DNA of 64,000 nucleotides, from assembly GCF_000981445.1 (NCBI RefSeq), contig NC_027218.1:1736001-1800000 (forward strand). Reading direction: 5' to 3'. The position numbers were made by a program, and so were the translations under genes. The first letter of the stretch is position 1. Each line of letters starts with the position of its first letter. Positions 13,101-23,141 of this stretch are shown piece after piece. The notes under the pieces were generated by a model. It was not told the DNA's origin. It did no database searches and saw only the letters and a program-made list of their open reading frames with translations. The DNA is from Babesia bigemina. Its lineage: Eukaryota.

Positions 13101-13615
13101 CTGTAGTATTGCCGACCGTCACGAACGAATTCGCTTCCACCAAGTGCCCATTTCTAATCCTGGAGCACAACGCGCCAGTCAAACCCAGCAACCTACCCAT
13201 CGTCATGCCTCAGAACCTCATTGAGTACCTCGAGCATCTGTACGGAATATCCAGAACCCAATCCTTTCACAACTTCATATTCGAAGAGGGAAGTGCGCAA
13301 AATGGCGGTACCAATGGCGTCGAGGAGGAAGACGAGATACAGATGGAAGCCCTGGGCGGTGTTGAAACCATAAGCAACGGGAAGGAGGTGCCGAGATGTC
13401 GACCTCTATACTCTTCACCGACGATAGGCGATGGGGGTTGGGATCTAGAATCGTCATCGTACCACAACCATCAAGGATCGGGGGCAATATTTCACTTCGG
13501 CGACAATTACATGTACGTGGATCCGGTGATAGGCGGTTTCCGCACCACCATTCTTCTGTTGAATGCCAAGCGACATAATGTACCACATTTGGTTCACGAC
13601 ATATACAAGGCATAG
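10187..13615 (+). CDS. Large helical-repeat (HPR/OPR-like) protein, probably an organellar RNA-binding protein
   Basis: 1142-aa intronless ORF with a basic N-terminus. Repeats of roughly 37-40 aa such as SIQTLGRM, GILWGLYKLHFKHPRFL, SLTALTRL and MLNALYRSKLRAPDL. Confidence 0.6.
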   Translation: MKWKVPRALRAKVHAGVAPNGNRRPAHTLKHMPFADDFMCARLPTANLGVELVKGAFLGFRRHAVNRFLKALALHGNEVHERSRLVQRDDKYAHDMDAILQIYLERMPLDQLLVLYQVCRHSILDIYKQINLKCATVNSEIKYSFIEAVSQKLVQYMRDVTSHETIGHYLKNATHSARTRCKRYEKELCEFLIQTRHNLLKTRKEVFEGAREGNPSAESFVTFERKRINPCHQLGAATSVENTPSCIKTKSISLPGGATTLENDECSDGLFTAPPGDESSVGDVGMPVNTNRCATESSQCLLEADWESVCADDSFALTHRTMTEDCFLSTDVMGTVLGHMFAVKFWHRGFPFHTWINQYFVHNSHIYHPLFARLYMTHIVALIERNTNPVNLDALCDVVKQDIIMYGNRDVSMEEMFTVRTNGYLHEVKFGIPEMIEMFSSVKRLSQNAKLREVYVLVVKALSDVIVKAPVDAKVINTIANICNRNDGVGGVESLLYVLESKLMSSLDAVTCMDVCSLLQALHKHDLHSQDVVDAMADKLDIDNLDELSMSTIALSIQTLGRMQAHFKNNNFLHRIANMLADNPQKFYEASESNCSGILWGLYKLHFKHPRFLEMAVQRYSAKELGTPNVNSLVISLTALTRLDSFTHPSVLVEIYKLILRNISSMTISTSQQLVTCVTRMLENITLCCSDQTSYKTMRSISNKLINAAMKHVCERLVEQINTAQAGAMLNALYRSKLRAPDLIAPLIASIAGAYKKGQDWQSSLHMPRKSIYSYDTMPDCPFDIEACGRKLEKVEITHLVGICEAIYGLDYWTPYSLNLMMQLQKHIKPQLHDMKATHILAACLSFSSWPFTDTQMEPINPNNAPAKRSRTTNMMPNVRAVVEHDLAKTKERSESWLEANMLQPPSADVLSHFRKMLMRSQLKEDFLLRCIESLHRHANFLCAASMPLRRLKIMYDMLRYNIYLDHYDTAAVVLPTVTNEFASTKCPFLILEHNAPVKPSNLPIVMPQNLIEYLEHLYGISRTQSFHNFIFEEGSAQNGGTNGVEEEDEIQMEALGGVETISNGKEVPRCRPLYSSPTIGDGGWDLESSSYHNHQGSGAIFHFGDNYMYVDPVIGGFRTTILLLNAKRHNVPHLVHDIYKA

Positions 13616-14560
13616 TTACTGAATACCCATCACTTATTATGGAAAACTTGTGGGCATGCCCATGTGTAATGAATTAAACTCATAGTTTGTTGCATTTGCA
13701 TACATGGTATCGCTACGAAAGTGTCTCCTCTTAATATGGTTCCCTGTTTACGTCTTACTAAAGGCGTTTGTTGTCACGAGAGCTCCACTAGATCATATTA
13801 GTTAAGAAAAGACATGTGAATGCAGCTCCTAATTAGGTTGTTATTATTGAGAGTTGTCCATAATTATCACAGCTTTTGCCACCCAAAGTCAGTAAGCAAA
13901 TAAGGAAACATCGAATTTGCCGATGGATTACCTTCTCCATAGCATTTACAGGAAAGCAAAATCATAAATTAATTATAGTTAGCATTAGACATACAGGCGA
14001 GTAACAATATTGTTCAGATCCAAGTGGATAAGTATGTATCTAAATTGTGGATTCATCTAATACGGTTTTTCAAGGGGTGGGAGTGCGTACGTGAGAGGTA
14101 CGTCATATGGACTGCTGTGATATGCTGCTATACATAAACATATAAGATATTATATTAACTTCTGATTTTGTGTGACATGTGACTGGAAATTAGTTGAAAA
14201 CGTACCTGGCATAATAAAATAAACTGTTATATGCAACACCTGACAACATGTGAGCCCAACATAAGGCAAACGACAGCCAAATATACGATTCCAATGCATA
14301 TATTCTCAACACTATGTCAGAGTGTTGCAGTTATATGTTGAAATAAAAGCGAATTTCAAAGATGAGGTTGCTATAAGTTATGTGATGCATGGGCAATACA
14401 TGTGGAATCCATCAAGCTCTCAGCTACATATTTAAAAAGATGTTTTTTCGTGAATCTACACCTTTTGAAACCTCTTAAGTGAGATGCGATGCGGCTTCAG
14501 GGGTATACATGAGAACTGCATTACAATAACAGCTATTGCGATATTAAAGCCCTCCGTATC

Positions 14561-15469
14561 CTACGACAAGCCAGCGTATGGCATTGGACGGAAGGAGTAG
14601 CCGTCAAAATTCATCTCTTTGGGAATTTTGTCACCGAGGATATTATTCGTGGATTCGCCACAACGCCTGACTTATGTTGCACATGTGCCACGTAGTTCAT
14701 AGAATGCCTTGCGGAATTTATCGCGATACTTGACCCAAACTATGATAAGGACCATTGCAATTGCAAGCGGGACAACTACTAGAGTACCCTGGTGAATATA
14801 AGAGTCTTGAGAGCACAGTTGGCCACACAGGTCGCATTTGATCAAGCAGTTGCCGTGCCCGTCAGGTTCACCGCGGATACACCGGCATTTGGTGTCAGAT
14901 TTATCACGTTCATTCTGCTCCTTTTGGTTGATGATGCATTTGCATGGTTTGTTGGGTTCGCACTCGCATTTATCCACGTATACCGGTTTACCCTCGCCAT
15001 TGTATGTGCCGTGGCCTTTGCACTTGCCTTCAGGACATTTCCCGAGTACGAAGCCGTCGCAAGTGCCTTTACGCTTACACTTGCCAGGATTGCACCAGTA
15101 ACAGCAGGCACAGAGGAAACCATTACATTGCGTTCCACAACTGCATTGATAACATATACACCTATTGGATTTTGTGCATTTTGTCAGACAACGCTTGCAA
15201 CCCTTTGTTTGGTTTTTTTCCTTACAGCTCGCTTTATCGAAACCATTTTCATAACAATTAGTAGGACAGCCGCAGCAAAGATTCAAACATTTGCATTTCT
15301 CTCCGTCCCTGCATTTCTTTTCGCAGCCCTCACATTTGGGGCTACAGCAAGCCATGCACGTCGTACAAGTGGAAGACGTGCAGAGCTCTGTCCCATTTTG
15401 ACATGAGATTACAACGCATTGACATTTTTTCCCGTCCAACTGAAACTCCGTCCCCCTCCCCGCCATCAT
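14561..15469 (-). pseudogene. Cys/Lys-rich single-pass membrane protein gene (VESA CKRD-like) with an in-frame TAA in the tail
   Basis: Very Cys-rich ORF ending in TM segment LVVVPLAIAMVLIIVWV. After TAA at 14672-14674 the frame continues VRRCGESTNNILGDKIPKEMNFDGYSFRPMPYAGLS* to 14561. Cys-rich fragments in shifted frames lie upstream (about 15480-15680). Confidence 0.6.
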
Positions 15470-16598
15470 TAACACGCCATCCAGGGCAACAGGTAGTACA
15501 TTTTAAAGTTCGCCCATACGTGAAACATACCAGTCATACATCGATTTGATTCAGACGTGTAAAGCGCTGTCCTTCTATTGTCTTTACGAACGCAGAAGCA
15601 TATCCCGCAACGCCGTTGCACCTTGAGCGTCCACAACCACTACATGCGCCCGCCAGCCAAGTTTTACACGTATTTATGATTACATCTCACTCAAACATAC
15701 GCCATACAAGCATACAGTGCCGATTACTACCATCATTTCCCGTTTATCACGCTATGCTTGGGCCGCAACCTGCCGTGCTATTGGTTAACCGCCTTATCCT
15801 AACGGCAGCTAACGTGCAATATTACAGCCTTTGTAGATATAACAACTGTGCTCGTAGAAGCCATGTAATCACTCGCTAAGGTGCTTGGCAGATCGATCAC
15901 CGTCGTGGTCATCACCATGAGCGAGATTCCACTTATCTTGTAGCTGCCTGTGACGTCGCCAGCATGAAGTTGTTGTACCTAATAACGAACATGTATGTAC
16001 TCAGGATTAGTTTTATTTCCCGGGATGTGTGTCGTCAAACACCATTTATCCTTGTCGACGCGACACACCGCCGCTGACTCCAACCAATCGGTTTCAATGG
16101 CAATGCATGATCACTGAAGTCAACGTACATAATGTGTTAGGTTTGTCGCCAGATGTGTTACGTCATGAGTGAGATTAGGTGAAAAAAATAAGCGAATTTG
16201 CCAACATGCAACGATGGCAGTTGCAACTACACATATCCATAGTAGACCGTCAAACAGTACTTTACCAGGAGATTCTGTAGTGTTTATGGTGCTATGTCCA
16301 TAGTAAACGTCGTATAATGGTGCCACATCTGGAAATGTAGGCAACCATCTCATCCTCAGATGTGAAGCGGAACTTAGCGCCACCCCGGCAACAGTCTGCA
16401 TCCTTCCACGTTTTATTCCAACCCATTTCATGAGTGAGGCGACGATTTGGGTACCATTGTTGCAGACTAACACTTGAATGAGGCACTTTTAAGCGTACAG
16501 CAATCTATTGTATACAAGTCAGGCTGCGCAGCAGCATCATTGCTCGGCTATTCCACATAACTATACGGAAACTATCGTGAGGTATTACAATAAGACGA

Positions 16599-19500
16599 TC
16601 ACTGAACAAGTGTTTTCGATGTTTGGGGAAGTTCCTCGTCGTCGTCGAAGTAATCGATGTCGTAGAGGGAGGGCATGTTTCTGCTCAGGGTGAGTAGCAC
16701 CTTTACGTCGATGAGGTGAGATACCTTGTAGCGCATGATGTGGGAGCGGATGTACCATATATCCACACGGTAAAGTATCGTGTGGGCGAAAAGGAGCATT
16801 GCGACTGACCAGAGTGCGAAGCATAGGAAGATAAATGGCATCCGGACCCTATAGAGGAAGGCGTCCATGCAGGTCATAAGGTTCGCAACGGCGTCACCGG
16901 AAAGCACTGCTTCCAGTTTTGTGACTACCGTGGAAAACTTGGGCGACGACTGCGACGTACCCTCCGGCGGCGTGAACCCGTGAGTGTAGAGAATAGGCAG
17001 CGCGCCAGCGCAATTGTGGATGGAGCTAATGTCGGAGCATTGAAGCCTGCCGAGATCACAACTCAGTCTCTCGAGTGACTCCAACAGTCTGTCGGGCAGG
17101 TAGACCGTCCAGCTGAGGTAGGTGTGAGAGAAGAGCGGAGAGTATAGGGCGTAGGCCCGGTACGTGATGGGCGAGCAGTGTCGATGGCAGTGAGCATTGC
17201 CGACTTGACAGCCAAGCAGTGTGAACAGTGTAGTGGTGTGATTGTAGCTAGAGATGGGAGAATCAGAGCCCCGCAGTTGCCGGACGGCGTCGAGGTCGGA
17301 TCCCTCAAGACGGTCCCACTTGGGGCAGTCGGCATGTGAAGTGGAGAGAGCAGTACCCAGGTTGGACGGCTCCCTAGAATACGATAAGTGCAGCTCATTC
17401 CCAAAATGATGGAAGAACGAGACGAGCTCCCCGGTTGTTCGCGGCGTCCGTCTGGTTAGGCACACAAGGTAGGAGGATAACGTTACCAATGGATCCTCTC
17501 CGCCGCAGGTGGGAGATAGTATAGTGGAAAGATACCTGCCATCATGTGATTCATCAGGCAAACCCTCATATTTGAATCCCATGCTGACGCGGCTCTTAAG
17601 ACATATGTTGCGTGAGTCGAAGAGGTGCGTCTCGAAGGCAGAGTCCCAGCCGTCAGTCAGGAAGGACTGGAGCGGGGACCTAGGAGAAGATACATCACTG
17701 CCGTAGTGGCAATCCTGCCAACCACCATGAGACTGATGTCGCTTACATTGCGACTTGAGGAACTCCAACTGGTGGTGCGAGGCGTAGACGTAGTCACGCA
17801 GCTGGCATAGTAGGGCGCAGCAATCAGGCTCCTCGGATTGGTCAGATGACTTAGGCTTCACAAATCTTGATGACACATTCGCTCTCCATCGAGGTGCGAT
17901 AGCGGTGAGCACGGAACCTGCAAACATGGCGGTAAGCTGGAGTATGTCGAAGACATCTTTGGGTCTGATGTAAGAGCCGTTGACTGAAAGTGCAAGCTGT
18001 GAAGGGTCACTATGCGGGCCACTAAATGCCTTGTTAATACACTTCTCTAGAGTCTCATGATGCTTCTCATTCTTAAGCCCTGCCAGCCACTGAAGCATAT
18101 CCCGGACGGTGCGCGGCGCCTCGGCGAGGAACAGCTCAGTCTCAGGGATGTCGGTGGAGCCGTGCGTGGGTGTCTGGGTTGTCCAGGGAGCGAGGCACAT
18201 TTCAACAGTGGAGGCATTGTGTGTATAGTCAGCAGCAGAGTTGTTTGGTAGTTCTGGAAGAGGTTCTGGTGTTTCCAAATTTAGACTGATAGCGGGGGTG
18301 TATGGGCCTATTGGGTCGAGTGGCTGGAGTTCTGGGGGAGGCTGAGGGTCATCTGTGCCAATGTCGTCCACTGTGCGATCTTCATGATGGACCGTCTGGA
18401 TAGATAAATCAATACGAGGATGATAAATTTTCGATGAAGGACGGCCTGGAATGACGGCTTGTAAGCGCACGATTGGATGTGGAGGTGAAGGTAACAATAT
18501 AGCGGTAGGATTCGGTGATGAACTTAGGTTGGGGTCGAAAATGGGCGTTCCATTAAAATCCGGCATGGGCGGCAGTGTCTGTGTGATTTCCTCAGATCCG
18601 GAAGCCTTAACATCTTTGATACTGAAATTCTTCAAATCAGCGCCGGCTACATGCTGCAGAAAAGCAACAGGATAGTCATCCAAATTCTCGACATGGGGTG
18701 TTGTGTCTATTACATTCGGTTTAGTTTTCGGAATGTTTGGCACTACTATTCCGTATACATCACTGGTGGCAACGGTTGTCTTAGGGTTATGTAATGCGGG
18801 CGGGGGTGGCCTAGAACGTTTTGGAGGTCGCAATAATGGTCCAGCAAAAGGCTTCTTTTTGAACGGCTTAATATCAGAGCCATGTAATATGTTACGTTGC
18901 TGTAAGTACATTTGAAATTTATCACCTTCTTCTTGTTGTTTTTGCAATACAGGGTCGGGGGGGGCCGGTAATGCCTTGCCGCTCAGTGGAGGGGCACCAG
19001 CATAGCCTTCTACAGCTAGTATGTGATCATATAGCTGGTCCTGTTGACGGTAATGTTGACGTAATGCTCTCATCCGTTCAAATTTATCTTCCTCTTCCCG
19101 TTGCTTTTTCTGTTGATCCGCTTCTGTTTTTTTTGCTCTTTCCCAGATTTCCGCAATGTGTAAAGCTCTTTTATAATCTTCGTGGGAGAGGCAGACCTTT
19201 TGGCCAACACGCCAGCCATCAACCCACTTACCAGAACATTTGTGTGGAGAAGACCCGTCCTGCGCCTTCGGCAAATCCTGAACTCCTGCGCTACAAGACC
19301 CCTCCTGTCCACTATCCCCAACCCCTCCGTCATCTCTGGCCCCCCCTGGACAAGGAGATGAAACTGTAGACGTCGTAGCAGCATCTGTACCTTGAGTCGT
19401 CGCTGACCTATCCACTTCCGGTGGATGACGGGATTCATAACTAACGGTGACCTGTGCACGTCTACCTCCAAACCGCGAATTCCCCCATGTTGACGTCCTA

Positions 19501-21380
19501 TCCATTCTATCTCTAGGTCTAGCACGTAATGGAGCAGGGGAAAGCGTAGAAGTGAGGTCTTCAGGTGTCTGAGATGCTTTACCACCTTTGGGACTACGGT
19601 CAGCAGACGCCTGGGCACCATATTCATGACCACCAGATGGCGCAGGTATTGGATCCGAGGCACTAGGAGTCTGAGGAAATACAACATTGCTAATGGAAAT
19701 GGGCAAATTGGCGGCGAGTGCATCAAACATTGAGCCCTGAGCCTCGTCTCTTGACTTACCAACGACGACCGTGTGTGTAACATTAGGTGGAGAGTCTGAA
19801 GAGGGATAACCTGGCAGTGTTGGTGGACTACCATGAGTGGAGGACTGAACAGTTTGTTGATCTGGCAGATGTGCTGACTGGGCATTCCCCGGAGCCATCG
19901 TATCACCAGTCTCTGCCGTGTCTTGAATTCCTTCTGAATTGGAAGGCCGACGCGGATCTGAATTTCCAACCGATGAACCTGCAAACGCATCCGTATTTTT
20001 ACCATTCCGCGGATTAGGTGTTCCCTCCTCTTTCTCGCCCCGGTTCTGTGCTCCTTCTGCCCTCTTGCCCTCTGTCTTAGTATCATGCGTTTTGGTGTCA
20101 GTCAGTGTTCCTACCTCAGTTTTATTCGCTTCAGTACTAGTGTGAATATGCTTCACTGCGTCAAACTTTGGACACGCCTCACCTTCCAAAAGTGTTCTCA
20201 ATTTCTCCAAGCCATCATTCGATTTAAGCATGCCTAGTACACGTTTCCACTTTTGTGGCACGACATTCAGTCCGTGGAAAAACGTTCCAAAGTTTTTCGC
20301 ACCAAATGTGAAACCGTAAGGGAAAATATTATCGACGGCGAAGTCATAAATCGGCGAAAAATCGGAACGGTGGATGTCAGGGTAATCACTACTAATAGTA
20401 GTCACATTGGTTCGCACAGCCGACAATTGTTCTTTCAACCATTCCGCGGTCTTCCTTGCAAATTCCGTCTGGCTAATTGATGTAACAGGCGGCGCCTGGC
20501 CGGTGTAGGAGAAGCCATCATCGTTTATTAATTGATTCAAATCGTCTTTAAGCTTTTTGCACTGGGATTTCAGCTCTTGCCAATGTATGCATTTTTTATC
20601 ATAGCTATCAATTAAGTTGTCCTCCAATTTCCGTTTTAATTCACCTCCATCCTGCGTATTATCTTTAATCACTATGTCGCAGAACATTCCAACCAAACCA
20701 ACAGCGTTCGCTGTGTTCGGAGTTTGCGTGCCTGCCATAGAAATCACTGTAGTGAGAAATATATCGCGAAAATCGTTGTAGTTTTCTTTGTTCAAAATCT
20801 TTTTAAGGTCTTCAGTCATAAAATAGCCCTGGATATAGCCATTGGAATATCTACCATACCTTATTTCGCCATATTCGAAACCTCCAGGTAGGGTGTCACG
20901 TGTTTTGCCGTACTTAGGGTCGTCAACTGGCGCTCTGAGATATTCCTGCAATGGGCCGCCGCTGGAACCATGAAACCACCAGCTCGTCTCATACCCCGGC
21001 CAGTTCTCTCTCCACCCCCCGCCACCCAGTTTGCTGAAACTTGCATCTACGTTATACAGAAGAAAATACATGGCAGTAAGTAACTTCGGGACGCACTCGA
21101 GTAGAGCATTGAAAACGTCATCACGACTTGGTTTGTCGTAACTGCCGCCATCTGCCTTAAAGCACAATCTATTATAAAATTTGGACACGTCATCGAGGAA
21201 CTTCGATACGGCGTGTGGCAAATCTCCAGTATACGAAACCCAATTGTAATAATGGGACTTGCGCTCAATGAGTTCAAGTGCCACATTAGAGCGCATACCT
21301 CGCATCCCCCGCCCTTCTCCACGTAACCACTCTAAGAACTGGAGACATTGTTTGAGACTATCGAGCTGAATCTTTGCCAT
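16599..21380 (-). CDS. ves-like variant erythrocyte surface antigen family protein
   Basis: N-terminal LDSLKQCLQFLEWL..LGGGGW domain, then a Pro/Ser/Thr-rich linker. The VESA-type C-terminal region has APRTVRDMLQWLAGL, GGWQDCHYG, SPLQSFLTD, TRRTPRTTGELVSFF, a TM helix and YRVDIWYIRSH. Confidence 0.85.
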   Translation of the reverse strand: MAKIQLDSLKQCLQFLEWLRGEGRGMRGMRSNVALELIERKSHYYNWVSYTGDLPHAVSKFLDDVSKFYNRLCFKADGGSYDKPSRDDVFNALLECVPKLLTAMYFLLYNVDASFSKLGGGGWRENWPGYETSWWFHGSSGGPLQEYLRAPVDDPKYGKTRDTLPGGFEYGEIRYGRYSNGYIQGYFMTEDLKKILNKENYNDFRDIFLTTVISMAGTQTPNTANAVGLVGMFCDIVIKDNTQDGGELKRKLEDNLIDSYDKKCIHWQELKSQCKKLKDDLNQLINDDGFSYTGQAPPVTSISQTEFARKTAEWLKEQLSAVRTNVTTISSDYPDIHRSDFSPIYDFAVDNIFPYGFTFGAKNFGTFFHGLNVVPQKWKRVLGMLKSNDGLEKLRTLLEGEACPKFDAVKHIHTSTEANKTEVGTLTDTKTHDTKTEGKRAEGAQNRGEKEEGTPNPRNGKNTDAFAGSSVGNSDPRRPSNSEGIQDTAETGDTMAPGNAQSAHLPDQQTVQSSTHGSPPTLPGYPSSDSPPNVTHTVVVGKSRDEAQGSMFDALAANLPISISNVVFPQTPSASDPIPAPSGGHEYGAQASADRSPKGGKASQTPEDLTSTLSPAPLRARPRDRMDRTSTWGNSRFGGRRAQVTVSYESRHPPEVDRSATTQGTDAATTSTVSSPCPGGARDDGGVGDSGQEGSCSAGVQDLPKAQDGSSPHKCSGKWVDGWRVGQKVCLSHEDYKRALHIAEIWERAKKTEADQQKKQREEEDKFERMRALRQHYRQQDQLYDHILAVEGYAGAPPLSGKALPAPPDPVLQKQQEEGDKFQMYLQQRNILHGSDIKPFKKKPFAGPLLRPPKRSRPPPPALHNPKTTVATSDVYGIVVPNIPKTKPNVIDTTPHVENLDDYPVAFLQHVAGADLKNFSIKDVKASGSEEITQTLPPMPDFNGTPIFDPNLSSSPNPTAILLPSPPHPIVRLQAVIPGRPSSKIYHPRIDLSIQTVHHEDRTVDDIGTDDPQPPPELQPLDPIGPYTPAISLNLETPEPLPELPNNSAADYTHNASTVEMCLAPWTTQTPTHGSTDIPETELFLAEAPRTVRDMLQWLAGLKNEKHHETLEKCINKAFSGPHSDPSQLALSVNGSYIRPKDVFDILQLTAMFAGSVLTAIAPRWRANVSSRFVKPKSSDQSEEPDCCALLCQLRDYVYASHHQLEFLKSQCKRHQSHGGWQDCHYGSDVSSPRSPLQSFLTDGWDSAFETHLFDSRNICLKSRVSMGFKYEGLPDESHDGRYLSTILSPTCGGEDPLVTLSSYLVCLTRRTPRTTGELVSFFHHFGNELHLSYSREPSNLGTALSTSHADCPKWDRLEGSDLDAVRQLRGSDSPISSYNHTTTLFTLLGCQVGNAHCHRHCSPITYRAYALYSPLFSHTYLSWTVYLPDRLLESLERLSCDLGRLQCSDISSIHNCAGALPILYTHGFTPPEGTSQSSPKFSTVVTKLEAVLSGDAVANLMTCMDAFLYRVRMPFIFLCFALWSVAMLLFAHTILYRVDIWYIRSHIMRYKVSHLIDVKVLLTLSRNMPSLYDIDYFDDDEELPQTSKTLVQ

Positions 21381-22496
21381 CTCACACACAACTAACAGTC
21401 GCAATGCGCCACGCCCAGTAGAGGGCGTGCCGGGAGAGACCAGGCGTGACCTGGAGGGTACAATGCGACTAATGCCGCAACATTGAATTGCGCCAAACTT
21501 GCTCGTTGGATAGAATTATAAACAAAAATCTAAGTGGGCTGCGTGAAATAGCTACAAAGTGAAACGTTGGGTGACACAAAAAACTGTCAGCAATAAGATG
21601 CAACAGATGCACATTTCGCCGCTAAAATTTCTAGAATATACGTGAGTCATCAGCATCCCACTAACCCGAGGAACGGGTAATTCAGTAATCTAATAGGCCG
21701 ATTATTATGGAAGGGCGAAGAACTGTGCAGAGAACTGTAGGACAGTTCTGCAACCGCAATTCCGGCTCGACTGGCCGTCTTCTATCGGTATTCAGCGGCA
21801 ACATAAGCGTCCGCCATTCAACGCACTGCCATGGACACTACGGCTGCGTGCCAAGCGAACCATGGTTGGAAGTGAGTCAGGCGCTTGTGCGTAGTATCTG
21901 CGTCGTAGCATACAGATTGACTTATATCTTGTGCGCAGTCCCGACTCCGCCCAACTTGTGTGATTTCAGCTTAAATCTGCTTCCACGAGCGACGCCTTAG
22001 TCCCCTGATGAGTGCCCATGCGTTCTACAGTGCATAATTAATATGTTTCTCATTTACGCTGTTGCAATCAATGTCACATAACTACGTTGTCTAATGCCGT
22101 CACGTTAGAGATCAACGGCTAAGTTTATTTCCCAGCAACTCACATGATAGCTAACATACCAGACAATCACATAGCGAATGACTCACATTCACATAGCATG
22201 GTGGTAGTTGGCGTTGCACGATGACGGCCGACCACGCCGCATCACCTTAAGGTGACACGATGGGAGTAGGCATCTCACGTTTAACGCATAACTTAACTCA
22301 CTGGGCAACCAACGCCTCAACGCGTTAACTAGATTATGTATTGCGATGAATCCCTCGATATTAGGCAAGGTGGTTAGTTAGGCAGTAGGATGCTTTGATG
22401 GGTAGACTGAAGTTCGCAGTGGCGTCATCACTGTAGCAATCATTGAGGTGGTGAGTAGCATTAAGGCGGCGATGAGGTAGATACATGAACTCACGT

Positions 22497-22664
22497 CTAT
22501 GGTTGCGGATAAAACACCCTGTTTAGCTTGTTGACACGTGCCGCAGCGAGTAGTGATTGCGCGGCGATCCTACGACTCGAGGGACTATGTAGATGCGATT
22601 TGATGTGGAGCAGGTCGAGGCGGATGACTATGATGCGGAGGATGAGAGGAGCGGCAGCTATGAG
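22497..22664 (-). pseudogene. Orphan 3' end of a ves-family gene
   Basis: Minus-strand translation IIVIRLDLLHIKSHLHSPSSRRIAAQSLLAAARVNKLNRVFYPQP* is a ves-type cytoplasmic tail. It aligns with YRVDIWYIRSH..SHLIDVKVLL of the neighbouring gene. No upstream ORF. Confidence 0.8.
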
Positions 22665-22744
22665 TTATAAAAAGTAACATATAACTAAGCCATTGGCGTG
22701 AAAGTAAGGCCACTGATGTTAGCATCCAATGACATTGTTACGTA

Positions 22745-23141
22745 AAATAATTGAGGCCTGAATGTCCGCTGTATGGGTTCCTTGGAGTTGTTCAAAGAAG
22801 TAGGAAAACCTTTCGTAATGCATTTCCGGCGACCCTGTGTCGACAAACGTGAAAAATACGGCGAAGATGGTGATGATAATGATAATTATGTTGGCAAATC
22901 GTGCACCTTCACTTTAATCGGACGAAATTTTTTAACCGTGACTATTTGTAGATTGGAGTTTACAGTTTACAGTCCAATATGTTTCCCTATTGTTGCGCTT
23001 TTCGTTTTCCAAAACACATGGTACGCACAGTAAACACGCATCACAACACTGGAGACAGCACATACAACTTTTGCCGTGACACTTTTCTTCCCTATCGCCA
23101 AACCTACAACCGCCGTCCATATCCACTAGTCCACATGTCAT
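22745..23141 (-). pseudogene. Decayed Cys-rich membrane-protein gene, probable paralogue of 14561-15469
   Basis: KCHGKSCMCCLQCCDACLLCVPC, then in-frame TAA at 22932-22934 and 22914-22916, then FANIIIIIITIFAVFFTFV and FFEQLQGT (compare AFYELRGT). Confidence 0.5.

Noticed and set aside
16120..16473. 117-aa minus-strand ORF with one hydrophobic segment inside the island
   Set aside because: No recognisable family or motif. It may be a remnant, but I cannot support a call.
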